From an uncultured Bacillota bacterium (GTDB lineage: Bacteria; Bacillota; DTU025; MWDF01), in the NCBI GenBank assembly GCA_963823655.1, contig CAWGMK010000010.1, forward strand, positions 52,311-116,310: a stretch of DNA of 64,000 nucleotides. Reading direction: 5' to 3'. The translations under genes were made by a program, and so were the position numbers. Position 1 is the first letter of the stretch; every line of letters starts with the position of its first letter. The notes under the pieces are model-generated. The model did no database searches and was not told where the DNA came from. It saw only the letters and a list, made by a program, of their open reading frames with translations. Of this stretch, positions 46,001-56,650 are shown one piece after another.

Positions 46001-48780
46001 CGAGATGGCGGCCCCATTGGCGGTGCAGACGATGTTGGTGAGCGTGTAGCCGGGCTTCGCCGTCTCCGTCACGTACTTGGTCCCGAGTTCGAGACCGGTG
46101 AAGGGGAACGGGGCGTTGGCCGTCGGGTTGGTGACCGAGGTGTCGCGGTTGAACGGCGAGAGGGCCGAGCCTTCGACCGTGTAGGCGAAGGTCGCGGGGG
46201 CACCCACGGTGGTCTTCTCGATGTCCAGGGAGGCGTTCTGGGTGTTGGTGAAGACGCAGGTCGGGGTGTTCCCGGCCGCGATGACCGCCTGCACGGTCGT
46301 GTCACCGGCGTCGAAGTCGGCGTCGCCCACGAAGCCTGCGCCGGTGCCGGTGCCGATCGAGATGGCGGCCCCATTGGCGGTGCAGACGATGTTGGTGAGC
46401 GTGTAGCCGGGCTTCGCCGTCTCCGTCACGTACTTGGTCCCGAGTTCGAGACCGGTGAAGGGGAACGGGGCGTTGGCCGTCGGGTTGGTGACCGAGGTGT
46501 CGCGGTTGAACGGCGACGAGGGCCGAGCCTTCGACCGTGTAGGCGAAGGTCGCGGGGGCACCCACGGTGGTCTTCTCGATGTCCAGGGAGGCGTTCTGGG
46601 TGTTGCCGAAGTCGTTGTTGAGATAGGTCGGCGTCGTCGCGCTTACGGTCAGAGGACCGTAGTAGACCGTGGCAGGCGCCGTCTGGGTCCAGCCGTTCTG
46701 GTTGACTTCGTACACGTAGTAGGGGTCGTTCGCGGCGGTCGCCTTGATCGCATCCGGCGTGACCGAGAAGTAGTAGAAGCCAACGGGATCGATGGCACCG
46801 TTGCCATCCAGGTCGTCGGTCGTGCCGTTCGCGGTCTGGACACAGCCAAGGTTGCCGTTGTTCGGATTGCTGTCGCTGTCGAGACAGATCGTCCAATTGG
46901 CGAGGCCCGGCTCCCCGGCGTCCTTCGAGCCGTTCCCGTTCAGGTCGTGGAACTTCACACCGCTGATCTCGCCCTGGATGATCGCGTCCGGCGCGAGCTG
47001 GATGGATGTTGCGCCCGACCCGCCGATGTCGACGGTCGTCTGGAGCGAGCCGCCTGTCCAGGCACCAGCGCCGTTCGTCTTGCCTGCGCCCTGGTTGGGC
47101 ACCTCGCCCGGCTTGGCGATGTACAGGCCGTAGTAGATCGCGGCGTAGCCGTTGCTGGTGGTCGTCCCCGTGTAGGTGAACGTGATGGTGACGTGCCCAT
47201 CCTTGGTGCCTGAGCCCGTGTATGTGACGGCGCTGACGCCGGTGATGTTCGCGTCTACCGTGAAGAACGAACCCGCATGCATCCCGCCGTTATTGGTGAA
47301 CGAGCCGTCCTCCGTCGGCGTGATGGCAGGCGTGGCCCAGTCGAAGACGGTGGGCTGCCGGCTCAGGTTGTACTGCGTCATGTACGCGAAGCCACCGGCA
47401 TCGGTGTTCTGCTGGTAGTAGTTGTACGTGACGTTGAACGAATAGGACTGCCCGTTCACGAGCTGCGCGTTGTTGGACGCCCCGTACATGAAGACGTGGG
47501 GGATGACCTCGCCTTCGAAGTAGTTGGACTTGTTGGCGTTGAGGATGTTGTTGTTCCAGTCGCCGGGCAGCGGCTCGTCCGACCAGTGCGCGTAGGGCTT
47601 GGAGAAGCTGCCGGCCGCAGCGGGCTCGATGATCGGCTCCAGGGCAACCTTGGCAGCAGCCGAGGAAACGAGCGGCTCCTCGACCACCGGCGCCTCTTCG
47701 ACGACGGGCTCCGGCTCGACGACCGGAGCCTCCTCGACCAGCGGCGCCACCACCGGCTCGACGACCTGGGCGTCTTCGACCAGCGGCTCGACGATGGCGT
47801 CGTTGCCCTTGCCGTTGTCTTCCTTGTCGCTGTCCTTGGGCTCCTCGGCAGGCGTCTCCTCGACGATCGGAACGTCTTCGACGACCGGCTCCTCGGCAGG
47901 CGTCGCCTCGACGACCGGGGCCTCTTCGACGACTGGCTCCTCGGCAGGCGTCTCCTCGACGACCGGGGCGTCGTTGCCCTTGCCGTTGTCCTCGCCCTTG
48001 GGCTCGTCCTGGGCCGGCTTGACGCCCTGGCCCTCGTTCGTCGCCCTTGGGCTCGTCCTGGGCCTGCTTGGGCTCGTCCTGGGCCTGCTTGTCGCTCAGG
48101 CCCGCGCTGTCGGTCTTATCGTTCCTGGGTTCGTCGGCAGCGGTCTTGTCGCCCTTGGGCTCGTCCTGCCTGGACTGCTCGTCAGCCTTGGAGCCGTCGT
48201 TCTTGGGCTCGTCCTGGGCCTGCTTCGGCTCGTCCTGGGCCTGCTGCTCCTCGGCCTGGGGCTGCGCTTCGACAGCAGCCGGTGGCTCCGGCGCGGGCGC
48301 CTCCTTGACGACGAGGCTGGCGGCATAGCGAAGATCACCCAGGGTGGCAACGATCTTGCCTTCACCCGCGGCGACCGCGCTCAGCTTGGTGCGCTTGCCG
48401 GTCTCGTCCTCTTCGATGGCCAGGCTGGCCAGCGGCGCCGCCGGCATCATTCAGGGACCACTCCGCCTGGACGGGCTGACAGCCGACGGCCGCCGGCTCC
48501 TGGTCGGCGCGCGAGCGGCAAGCGTGACGCCTGGGTCACACGTCCATGCGCTGACCTTCTGGGACTCGCCCACCGTCAGCTTCAGCGGATCGGGATGCAC
48601 GTACAGGTTGAGCGCGGGAGCCGCCGGCTGGGCAGATTCCGCCGCTGCCTGCTCGTCCTGCGCGATGACCAGCGCCGGTGTCAGCACCAGCGATGAGATC
48701 AGCAGGAAGGCCTGCAAGACGGCGGTGAGCGCCACCGGGCCGCGCAGTCGGCGCGATTCGGACCTCGACATCGATACCAC
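43017..48780 (-). CDS. Giant cell-surface protein B (~1920 aa), a paralogue of A: signal peptide, N-domain, Glu/Lys/Gln-rich linker, SdrD-B-like domain, five tandem 119-aa repeats, prealbumin-fold (SpaA/Cna-B-like) domains, a poly-Gly run and a C-terminal QPPTDTL-TM-RR tail.
   Basis: Signal MSRSESRRLRGPVALTAVLQAFLLISSLVLTPALVIAQD. N-domain LNLYVHPDPLKLTVGESQKVSAWTCDPGVT. SdrD-B-like ISGVKFHDLNGNGSKDAGEPGLANWTICLD...NGTTDDLDGNGAIDPVGFYYF. Repeats NASLDIEKTTVGAPATFAYTVEGSALSPFNRDTSVTNPTANAPFPFTGLELGTKYVTETAKPGYTLTNIVCTANGAAISIGTGTGAGFVGDADFDAGDTTVQAVIAAGNTPTCVFTNTQ. Prealbumin-like GTIIVDKVTDPSGSPQLFTFDPSWGADFQL...GTYSVSETVPAGWDLTSTVC...GETVTCVFTNTQ. Tail ...GGGGGGGGQPPTDTLIPTDTVSAASGPLDSPMNW, then after a 1-nt indel SSILMSATVILSAGWVIRRVRTSEI* with the stop at 43017. 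Confidence 0.7.
44930..46561. repeat. Tandem array of ~4.6 near-perfect 357-bp (119-codon) repeats inside giant protein B.
   Basis: Identical six-frame ORFs recur at 44998, 45355, 45712 and 46069 (period 357 bp) on the coding strand and at 45138, 45495, 45852 and 46209 on the opposite strand. Confidence 0.9.
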
Positions 48781-49176
48781 TCCTCTGTGTGTGGTGGCCC
48801 CCGAAACGTCCCAGGCAGTGGCCTGAGGGATGAATGCGCCCCATCGAGGTCACCCCGATCGAGCCGGGCGTCGGGATCGTGCTCGGTACGGACCGTCCGC
48901 CGTACGAAAGTCTCAGCCCTGAACGGGCGGATGGCAAGGACCGATAGTACCTCTGGGGGCACATGCGGTGCTCCCCGGCACCAAGAGTTGTGTGACCAAT
49001 GGCCCTTGACGGCCCCAGACCCCCTCACGTCGGACCTCGACCGCACACCCTCGCATCCAACCTCGCCGTGAAGTGCACGCAGTCCACCAGAGCGCAGTAC
49101 CGCTGGAACGGGTACCCCCGGGCTACCACCGGTGCACGAGCCATTCGGCCCCCAGGGCGTAGCATCGGGCGCTCGA

Positions 49177-50283
49177 ATGCGCGCCCTCTCTGCGGCCGTC
49201 GCCGCGCTTCTGCTGACCACGCTGGCGGCCAGCCTCCCCACGCAAGCCACGGCGACCGACTACCCCGCGCGCGATGCCGGCTACCACTCGTACCCGGAGA
49301 TGGTCGAGCACATCCGGCAGGTGGCGGCCGCGCACCCGGACATCGTGCGGCTCTTCTCCATCGGCCAGAGCTTCGAGGGCCGCGAGCTCTGGGCGGCCGA
49401 GGTGTCCGACCAGCCGGGCACCGACGAGGGCGAGCCGGAGGTCCTCTTCGACGGCCTGCACCACGCGCGCGAGCATCTCAGCGCGGAGATGACCATCGCC
49501 ATCCTGGACCTGCTGGTCGGCCAGCTACGGCCAGGACACGCAGCTGGGCCGGCGGGTCACCCGGCTGGTGGACGAGCGGCGCACCTGGATCGTCTTCATG
49601 GTCAACCCCGACGGCCTGGCCTACGACCTGGGCGGCTCCCCTATCGCTCCTGGCGCAAGAACCGCCAGCCGACGCCTGGGTCAGCTGGCGCCGACGGCGG
49701 ACATCGGCACCGACCTCAATCGCAACTACGGCTACCGGTTCGGCTGCTGCGGCGCCTCGTCCGGCGACCCCGCCAGCCCCTACTACCGCGGCCCGCGGGC
49801 CTGGTCGGCGCCGGAGACGCGGGCCATGCGCGACTTCGTGCTGAGCCGCGTCGTGGACGGGCGGCAGCGCATCCGGACGCACATCACGTTCCACACCGCG
49901 GGCGAGATGGTGCTCTGGCCCTACAGCTACACGCGCGCGGACCGGCCGCCCGACATGCGCGCCATCGACCTGCGCGCCTTCCGGGCCATGGGCCGGGCCA
50001 TGGCGGCCACCAACGGCTACACGCGCCATGCAGTCGAGCGCCATGTACCCCACCGACGGCGACCAGATCGACTGGATGTACGGCGCGCCAGGGCATCTTC
50101 TCGTTCACCTTCGAGCTGTACCCCAAGGGCGGCGGCACGCCGCGGCACCACTACCCGCCCGACGAGATCATCGGCCGGGAGACCCGGCGCAACCGCGAGG
50201 CCGTGCTGTACCTCATGGAGCAGGCGGCCTGTCCGTACGCGGTGCTCGGGGCGCGCGCTGCGGAACGCCACTGTACGCCCTGA
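49177..50283 (+). CDS. Secreted M14-family zinc carboxypeptidase.
   Basis: Signal MRALSAAVAALLLTTLAASLPTQATA. YHSYPEMVEHIRQVAAAHPDIVRLFSIGQSFEGRELWAAEVSD...PEVLFDGLHHAREHLSAEMTIAILDLLV (zinc-ligand region). Second frame: RRTWIVFMVNPDGLAYDL...GTDLNRNYGYRFG...HITFHTAGEMVLWPYSYT. C-terminal IFSFTFELYPKGG...NREAVLYLMEQAACPYAV. There are at least three frameshifts. Confidence 0.7.
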   Translation: MRALSAAVAALLLTTLAASLPTQATATDYPARDAGYHSYPEMVEHIRQVAAAHPDIVRLFSIGQSFEGRELWAAEVSDQPGTDEGEPEVLFDGLHHAREHLSAEMTIAILDLLVGQLRPGHAAGPAGHPAGGRAAHLDRLHGQPRRPGLRPGRLPYRSWRKNRQPTPGSAGADGGHRHRPQSQLRLPVRLLRRLVRRPRQPLLPRPAGLVGAGDAGHARLRAEPRRGRAAAHPDAHHVPHRGRDGALALQLHARGPAARHARHRPARLPGHGPGHGGHQRLHAPCSRAPCTPPTATRSTGCTARQGIFSFTFELYPKGGGTPRHHYPPDEIIGRETRRNREAVLYLMEQAACPYAVLGARAAERHCTP

Positions 50284-50382
50284 GGCGCGGTCCGAAGCCG
50301 GCGCGGTCGGGTCGCTCGCATCGCCGGAGTCGTCTCCCGACCAGTGACGCGGCCCGTGTCGCCGCCCTGGCCGGTGACGCGG

Positions 50383-50432
50383 CCAGTCGTCGCCGCCAGG
50401 GTCGCCGCCAGGTCGCCGCCAGTCGCCGAACC
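50383..50432. repeat. Short tandem repeat of (a)gtcgccgccag(g), ~4 units, in an 870-bp gene-poor spacer.
   Basis: agtcgtcgccgccagggtcgccgccaggtcgccgccagtcgccg. Confidence 0.6.
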
Positions 50433-50598
50433 CTGCACCACAGGACAGTATCGACCGAGGCGTCCCGGCCAGAGCCCATGAGACCGCGGTCCCTTGGCCG
50501 CATGTGACATCCCACGTCACGCATGGCCAAAGGAACGCACCGAATCCGCCTCGCGTCGGCTCCCTGGCCCGCGCCGCCGGTCGATAGTGACCTCCAGG

Positions 50599-50940
50599 TC
50601 AAGCGCGGCCGCGAGCCGCCCCTGGCCCGCGCGGCCGGTCGATGGTCGACCTGCGCAGCGTCGAGCGCGGCCGCGACGCCGCCTCAGGCCCGCGCCGCCG
50701 CCTCTGGCTCGCGATGGTCGCGTTGCGATCGACGACCAGCCAGGCCTTGATGCGCAGGATCTCGGCGGGCGTCGGCACGCGCAGCGGCCCTGACGCCGTG
50801 CTGATCTCACGGGTCTCAAGGGGTGCCGACCGGCGCTGGTTGCGAACCGTCGTCATGATCCCGTCCAGGCGACCCATGATGACGACCGGGCTGTCGGCGG
50901 TCGGTCCGCCAGCCAGCGACAGCCTCCAGCGTGCGAGCAC
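50599..50940 (-). CDS. Hypothetical protein (113 aa), no recognisable family; it may be a gene fragment.
   Basis: ...DSPVVIMGRLDGIMTTVRNQRRSAPLETREISTASGPLRVPTPAEILRIKAWLVVDRNATIASQ... The only protein-like frame in the 50284-51157 spacer. Confidence 0.25.
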   Translation of the reverse strand: MLARWRLSLAGGPTADSPVVIMGRLDGIMTTVRNQRRSAPLETREISTASGPLRVPTPAEILRIKAWLVVDRNATIASQRRRRGPEAASRPRSTLRRSTIDRPRGPGAARGRA

Positions 50941-51157
50941 CTCGTCGAATCGGCCTGGGCACGACCATCACGTGGACTGCGTCCAGGGTCGTCGTGCACC
51001 CTCCGCGAGGCGCCGGACGGGCTGCGTGCCGGGACCTTCCGGGGGCACCGGCGACCCGCTACGATGGCGCCGTGCCCGACCCATCGTGTGCTGCTGGGGG
51101 GCGAAGACCTGAGCGGGTGAGGCGCCGTTGCGCCAGCCCGACACAGAGGAGGAGTGC

Positions 51158-52309
51158 ATGCGCAGGTTCACCACCGCATCCCTCGCGCTGACCATCGCGG
51201 CGACCGGCATCCTGGCCGGCGCGCTCGCGGTGGCGGCGCAGGACGGATCCGACCTCAAGATCGGCCTCGTGACGGACGTCGGCACGATCGACGACCGCAA
51301 CTTCAACCAGTACTCGTGGGAAGGCGCCGTCGCTGGCGCGGAGGCCGTCGGGGCTGCCGGAGCCGCAGTACGCCATCAGCGCGCAGTCGGCTGACATCGG
51401 CCCGAACATCCAGGCCTTCGTGGACCAGGGCTACGACGTCATCGTGACGGTCGGCTTCGCGGCCGGCGCGGACACCATCAACGCCGCCCTGGCCAACCCG
51501 GACATCAGGTTCATCGGCGTGGACCAGGCCCCCTGCATCAACGAGGACGGCACACCCGGACGACAGCTTCACCTGCGCCGGCGACCCGGCCGCGCTCCTG
51601 CCGAACCTCCAGGGCATCAACTGGCGCGAGCAGCAGCCCGGCTACCTGGCCGGCATCGTGGCCGCCTCCGTCAGCGAGACGCGGCCACATCGCCGCCGTC
51701 GGCGGCACGGCCGTCATCCCGGCCGTCGTCAACTACATCGAGGGCTACGCCAACGGCGCCAAGTCCATCAACCCTGATGCCGTCGTGACGGTGGTCTACG
51801 TGTCCGGCGCGCCCGGACACGGCGGCCTTCAATGACCCGGCCGGCGGCCAGTCCACCGCCCAGCAGCTGCTGGCCCAGGACCCGACATCGACGTCATGTT
51901 CCAGGTCGCCGGCAAGACCGGCAACGGCGTCCTCCAGGCCGCCTGCGACGCGGGCATCTACGGCATCGGCGTGGACGTCGACCAGTTCCTCTCCACCCCG
52001 GAGACGGCCGCCTGCACGATCGTCAGCGCCGAGAAGAAGCTGACCAAGAACGTCGCCGACGCCATCGAGCGCATCGCGGCCGGCACGGACCAGGGCGGCA
52101 TCCTGCGCCTGGGCATCGACACCCAGGACGTGGGCCTCTCGCCCTTCCATGACTTCGAGAGCCTCATCACCCCTGAGACCGCTGACACGCTTGACGCTGC
52201 CGAAGCGGCGCTGGCCGACGGCTCGCTCAAGGCCTGCGAGGAGCAAGAGGGCAGCGGCGTTCTGCGTGCAGACGCTGCCGTAGACGACGCCCTTCCAGGA
52301 GTCACCTGA
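51158..52309 (+). CDS. BMP-family (Med/PnrA-like) ABC transporter substrate-binding lipoprotein.
   Basis: MRRFTTASLALTIAATGILAGALAVAAQDGSDLKIGLVTDVGTIDDRNFNQYSWEGAVAGAEAVG. Then GYDVIVTVGFAAGADTINAALANPDIRFIGVDQAP. Then MFQVAGKTGNGVLQAACDAGIYGIGVDVDQFLSTPETAACTIVSAEKKLTKNVADAIERIAAGT in further frames. There are at least two frameshifts. Confidence 0.7.
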
Positions 52310-52387
52310 GTCCTTGTCGAACGGGCCGACCCCCAGGGCCGGCCCGTTCGAGTACCCGAGGCAGGAGAGCATGGGAAGCCCCGCGAC

Positions 52388-53990
52388 GTGACCGCGCTGG
52401 ACACCACCCTGACGCCCGAGCGCATCAGCGCGCCGGCGCTCGAGATGCGCGGCATCACCAAGCGCTACCCGGGCGTCGTCGCCAACGACGGCATCGACCT
52501 CGACGTGCGGCCCGGCGAGATCCACGCCCTGCTCGGCGAGAACGGCGCCGGCAAGACGACGCTCATGAACGTCCTCTACGGCCTGGCCACGCCGGACGCG
52601 GGCGAGATCCTGCTCGACGGGCAGGCCGTCGAGATCGCCGGCCCATCGGACGCCATCGACCGCGGCATCAGCATGGTCCACCAGCACTTCATGCTCGTGC
52701 CCGGTCCTGACCGTGGCCGACAACATCCTGCTCGGCGAGGAGGCCATGCGCGGACCGCGTCTTCCTCGACCAGCAGCGAGGCGCGCCGGCGCATCCGCGA
52801 GCTGGGCGAGCGCTTCGGCTTCGAGATCGACCCCGACGCAGAAGGTCGGCGAGCTGTCGGTCGGCTGGCAGCAGCGGGTGGAGATCCTCAAGGCGCTCTA
52901 CCGCGATGCGCGCATCCTGGTCCTCGACGAGCCGACGGCCGTCCTGACGCCGCAGGAGACCGACGAGATCTTCGGCGTCCTGCGGCGGCTGGCCGCCGAG
53001 GGCCACAGCATCATCTTCATCAGCCACAAGCTCTACGAGGTGCTGGAGATCGCCGACCGCATCACGGTCATCCGGCGCGGCAAGGTGGTCGGCAGTCGCA
53101 TCCCGAGCCGAGACGAACGAGGACGACCTGGCCGAGCTGATGGTCGGCCGCGAGGTCCAGCTGACCGTCGACCGCGGCGCAGAGCCATCCGGGCGAGGTC
53201 ATGCTCGCAGGTCGGCGGACCTGCGCGTGCCGCGACGACCGCGGCCGCGAGGTCGTCGATGGCGTCAGCTTCGAGGTGCGCGCGGGCGAGATCCTGGGCA
53301 TCGCCGGCGTCGCCGGCAACGGCCAGGACGAGCTGGTCGAGGCCATCACGGGCCTGCGCCAGCCGCACCGGCGGCACGGTCACGCTCGGCGGCGAGGACG
53401 TCACGCAGGCGATGGCCCGCGGGCCCTGCACGGGCAGGACGTCGCCTTCGTGCCCGGCCGACCGCCAGCGCTTCGGCCTGGTGCTCTCCTTCCCCATCGC
53501 CGACAACCTCGTCCTGACCGACTACTACGCGGCGCCCTACTCGCACGGGCATCGTCCGCGACGAGGCGGCCATCCTGGAACGCGCCGAGCGAGGCGATCG
53601 CGGAGTACGACGTCCGGACGCCGTCGTGCGACCGTCAACGCCGGGACGCTCTCCGGCGGCAACCAGCAGAAGGTCATCGTGGCCCGCGAGTTCGACCGCG
53701 ACCTGCAAGCTGCTCGTGCTCGACCAGCCGACGCGCGGCCTGGACGTGGGCAGCATCGAGTTCATCCACCAGCAGGTCATCGCCAAGCGCGATGCGGGCA
53801 CGGCCGTCCTGCTCGTCTCCGCGGAGCTGGACGAGGTCCTGGAGCTCTCCGACCGCATCGCGGTCATGTACCGCGGCGGATCGTGGCGGTCGTGGACGGT
53901 CGCACCGCCAACAAGGAGGAGGTCGGCCTGCTGATGGCGACCGGGGGCCGGAGCGAGGCGCCAGACGAGACCGGAGCCACAGGCCGATGA
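52388..53990 (+). CDS. ABC transporter ATP-binding protein with two fused NBDs (nucleoside/sugar-type).
   Basis: NBD1 [48 protein letters not shown]...[15 protein letters not shown]...[18 protein letters not shown]2 [20 protein letters not shown]...[15 protein letters not shown]...[27 protein letters not shown] start at 52388. There are several frameshifts. Confidence 0.8.
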
Positions 53991-55156
53991 GCCCCGACGA
54001 GAAGCCCATGAGCACCATCGATCGGCTCCTGAGCCGATCGCTGCGGGGCCAGCTGGCCGTGACGGGCGGCGCCATCGTCCTGGCCCTCGTCGTCGGCGCG
54101 GTGCTCATGATCCTGACCAGCCCCATCATCACTGGCAGCCTCGACCCATGGCTCTGGGCAGAGGCCTACCTGGCGCTGGTCGCAGGGCGCACTGCTGAGC
54201 TCGAGCGGCCTGATCGACACGCTCGTCCGCGCCACGCCGCTCATCCTGGCGGGCCTCTCCGTGGGCCTCGGCTTCAAGGCCGGCCTGTTCAACATCGGCG
54301 CCCAGGGCCAGTTCCTCATGGGCGCCCTGGGCAGCGTCGCGGCTGGCATCGCCCTCGCGCGACGCGCCGTCCATCGTCGCCATCCCGCTCGCCCTCCTGG
54401 CCGGCGTGGCGGCGGGCGCGGCCTATGGCTTCATCCCGGGCTGCCTCAAGGCGTTCACCGGCGCCCACGAGGTGGTCATCACCATCATGCTCAACTACAT
54501 CGCCCTCCAGATCGTCTCGTGGGCGGTCAGCGAGCCGCTCCGGGCCCGCGGCGCCACGTTCGCGCGGACGACGACGTCGGCGAGGCCGGCATCCCGGTCC
54601 TGATCGGCACACGGGCACAGCTGCATCTGGCGTGCTCATCGCGCTGGCCGCCGTGCCCATCGTCTGGTGGCTCCTGTACCGCACCACGCTCGGCTTCGAG
54701 ATCCGCACCGTGGGCGCCAACCCGGATGCGGCGCGCTACGCCGGCATGCGCCCGCGCCTGATCATCGTGCTCACGATGACGCTGCGCGGCCTGCTGGCCG
54801 GCCTGGCCGGCGCCATCGAGATCCTGGGCGTGCACGGACTACATGCCGGCCGCCTACGCCACCACGGTCGGCTTCGACGCCATCGCCGTGGCGCTGCTGG
54901 GCCGCGCCAACCCGTGGGGCATCCTGCTCGGCGGCCTGCTCTTCGGCGCCCTGCGCGCCGGCGCCCCGCTCATGCAGATCCAGGCCGGCGTCCCCGTCGA
55001 GATGATCGACATCCTGCAGGGCGTCATCCTGTTCTTCCTGGCCGCCGACCTCATCGTGCGCTGGGTCTTCCGGCTGCGCGAGACGCGGGGCGGCAGTGTC
55101 GACGAGCTGCAGACCGTGACCAGCAGCTACGGCGGTCGACCGCCACGCGGGGCTAG
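53987..55156 (+). CDS. ABC transporter permease (BMP-system permease 1).
   Basis: [46 protein letters not shown]... It continues in shifted frames with [29 protein letters not shown]..., [19 protein letters not shown] and ends [36 protein letters not shown]. Its ATG overlaps the ATPase stop. Confidence 0.65.
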   Translation: MSPDEKPMSTIDRLLSRSLRGQLAVTGGAIVLALVVGAVLMILTSPIITGSLDPWLWAEAYLALVAGRTAELERPDRHARPRHAAHPGGPLRGPRLQGRPVQHRRPGPVPHGRPGQRRGWHRPRATRRPSSPSRSPSWPAWRRARPMASSRAASRRSPAPTRWSSPSCSTTSPSRSSRGRSASRSGPAAPRSRGRRRRRGRHPGPDRHTGTAASGVLIALAAVPIVWWLLYRTTLGFEIRTVGANPDAARYAGMRPRLIIVLTMTLRGLLAGLAGAIEILGVHGLHAGRLRHHGRLRRHRRGAAGPRQPVGHPARRPALRRPARRRPAHADPGRRPRRDDRHPAGRHPVLPGRRPHRALGLPAARDAGRQCRRAADRDQQLRRSTATRG

Positions 55157-55161
55157 GCGCT

Positions 55162-56242
55162 AGCGTGGACGTCCTCTTCGACATCCCGGTCGTCGGGCTC
55201 TTCTTCCAGCTCGTCGACTACCTCATCGTCGTCCTGCCATCGACTGGCGCCGATCATCCTGGCCGCTCGCGGCGCCCATCGCCCTGGGCGCCTGTGCGGC
55301 CTCATGAACGAGCGCTCCGGCGTCGTCAACATCGGCATCGAGGGCATGATGCTCACGGCCGCCTTCGTCGGCTGGTTCGCGGCCTCGCTGGTCGTGCAGG
55401 TCTTCCCTGACCAGCCCAAGGCCGACTTCGCCTTCGGCGCCACGCCGGCGCTGCTCGTCGGGCTCGCTGGCCGCCCTGCTGACCGGGATGGCCGTCTCCG
55501 CGATCCACGCCTGGCTGTCCATCACCGTCCGGGCCGACCAGATCATCAGCGGCACGATCATCAACATCGTGGCCTTCGGCATCACCGGCTACCTGAATCA
55601 TCATCATCAGCGCGCTCGTCCCCGCCATCGGCCGGCAAGTTCGCACCGTTCGTGCCGCCCGCGTGGCTCACCGACCTGCCCTTCGTCGGCTGGCTCTTCG
55701 ACATGTTCCTCAGCCAGGGGCCGATCGCGATGTCTGTCCTGCTGCTCGCCGTCGTGCTGCAGGTGCTGCTCTTCCGGTCGCGCTGGGGCCTGCGCACCCG
55801 GGCCGTGGGCGAGCACCCGAAGGCCGCCGAGACGGTCGGCATCGACGTCATCCGGCTGCGCTACCGCAACGTCATCCTGGGCGGCGTCTTCGCGGGCCTG
55901 GCGGGCGCCTGGTTCACCCTGGAGCTTCGGCACCAACGTTCCAGACCGGCATGACCGGCGGGCGCGGCTTCATCGCCCTGGCGGCGCTCATCTTCGGCCG
56001 CTGGACGCCGCTGGGCTCGTTCGGCGCAGCGCTCCTGTTCGCGGCCGCCGGATCGCTCGAGCATCGCCATCCGCACCGTGCCGCCGACCGGCCAGCTGGG
56101 CGAGATCCTGACCGCGATCCCGGACCAGTTCTGGTCCGCCCTGCCCTACCTCGTGACCATCATCGTCCTGGCCGGGGTCGTGGGCCGCAGCGTGGCTCCG
56201 GCAGCGGTGGGCAAACCCTACGAGCGAGAGAGTGCCTCGTAG
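55162..56242 (+). CDS. ABC transporter permease (BMP-system permease 2).
   Basis: [25 protein letters not shown]... It continues with [34 protein letters not shown], ...[18 protein letters not shown], ...[16 protein letters not shown] and ...[37 protein letters not shown] across frames. The stop is TAG at 56240-56242. Confidence 0.65.
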
Positions 56243-56650
56243 CCCGGACGAGCCGGAGCAGGCCGGGGCAGGGCCGGTCGTGACGCCGGTCCCCGTCCTT
56301 GACGCGGAGGGTGCGCGAGCGGTCCTGCGGGCGGCGCGGCGGATCGCGGTCGTGGGCGCCTCGCCCTACCCGTGGCGCGCTTCCAACGTCGTCATGGCGT
56401 ACCTGCTCGAGCAGGACTACGAGTGCGTGCCCGTCAACCCAGAGGCTGCCAGCGTCCTGGGCCAACCCTGCTTCCCGACGCTGGAGGCGGCGGTCGCGGC
56501 CGGCGACGGTCGCCCCTTCGACATCGTGGACGTCTTTCGCCGGGCCGAGCACGCACCGGATATCGCTCGCTCGGCGGGCGTTGACGATGGCGGCGCCGGC
56601 CACGGTGGAGGTGGGTGCGACGCGCGTCGCGAAGCCATCCACCTCGACGG
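56232..56650 (+). CDS. CoA-binding domain protein (YccU/CoA_binding_2-like); the 3' end is uncertain.
   Basis: [93 protein letters not shown]. It converges on, and may overlap, the SIS gene's 3' end. Confidence 0.55.

Noticed and set aside
44930-46561. Regular repeat spacing that superficially resembles a CRISPR array; the same applies to 57640-60990.
   Set aside because: The units are 342-357 bp, contiguous with no unique spacers, and in-frame protein-coding Ig-like domains. No cas genes are present.
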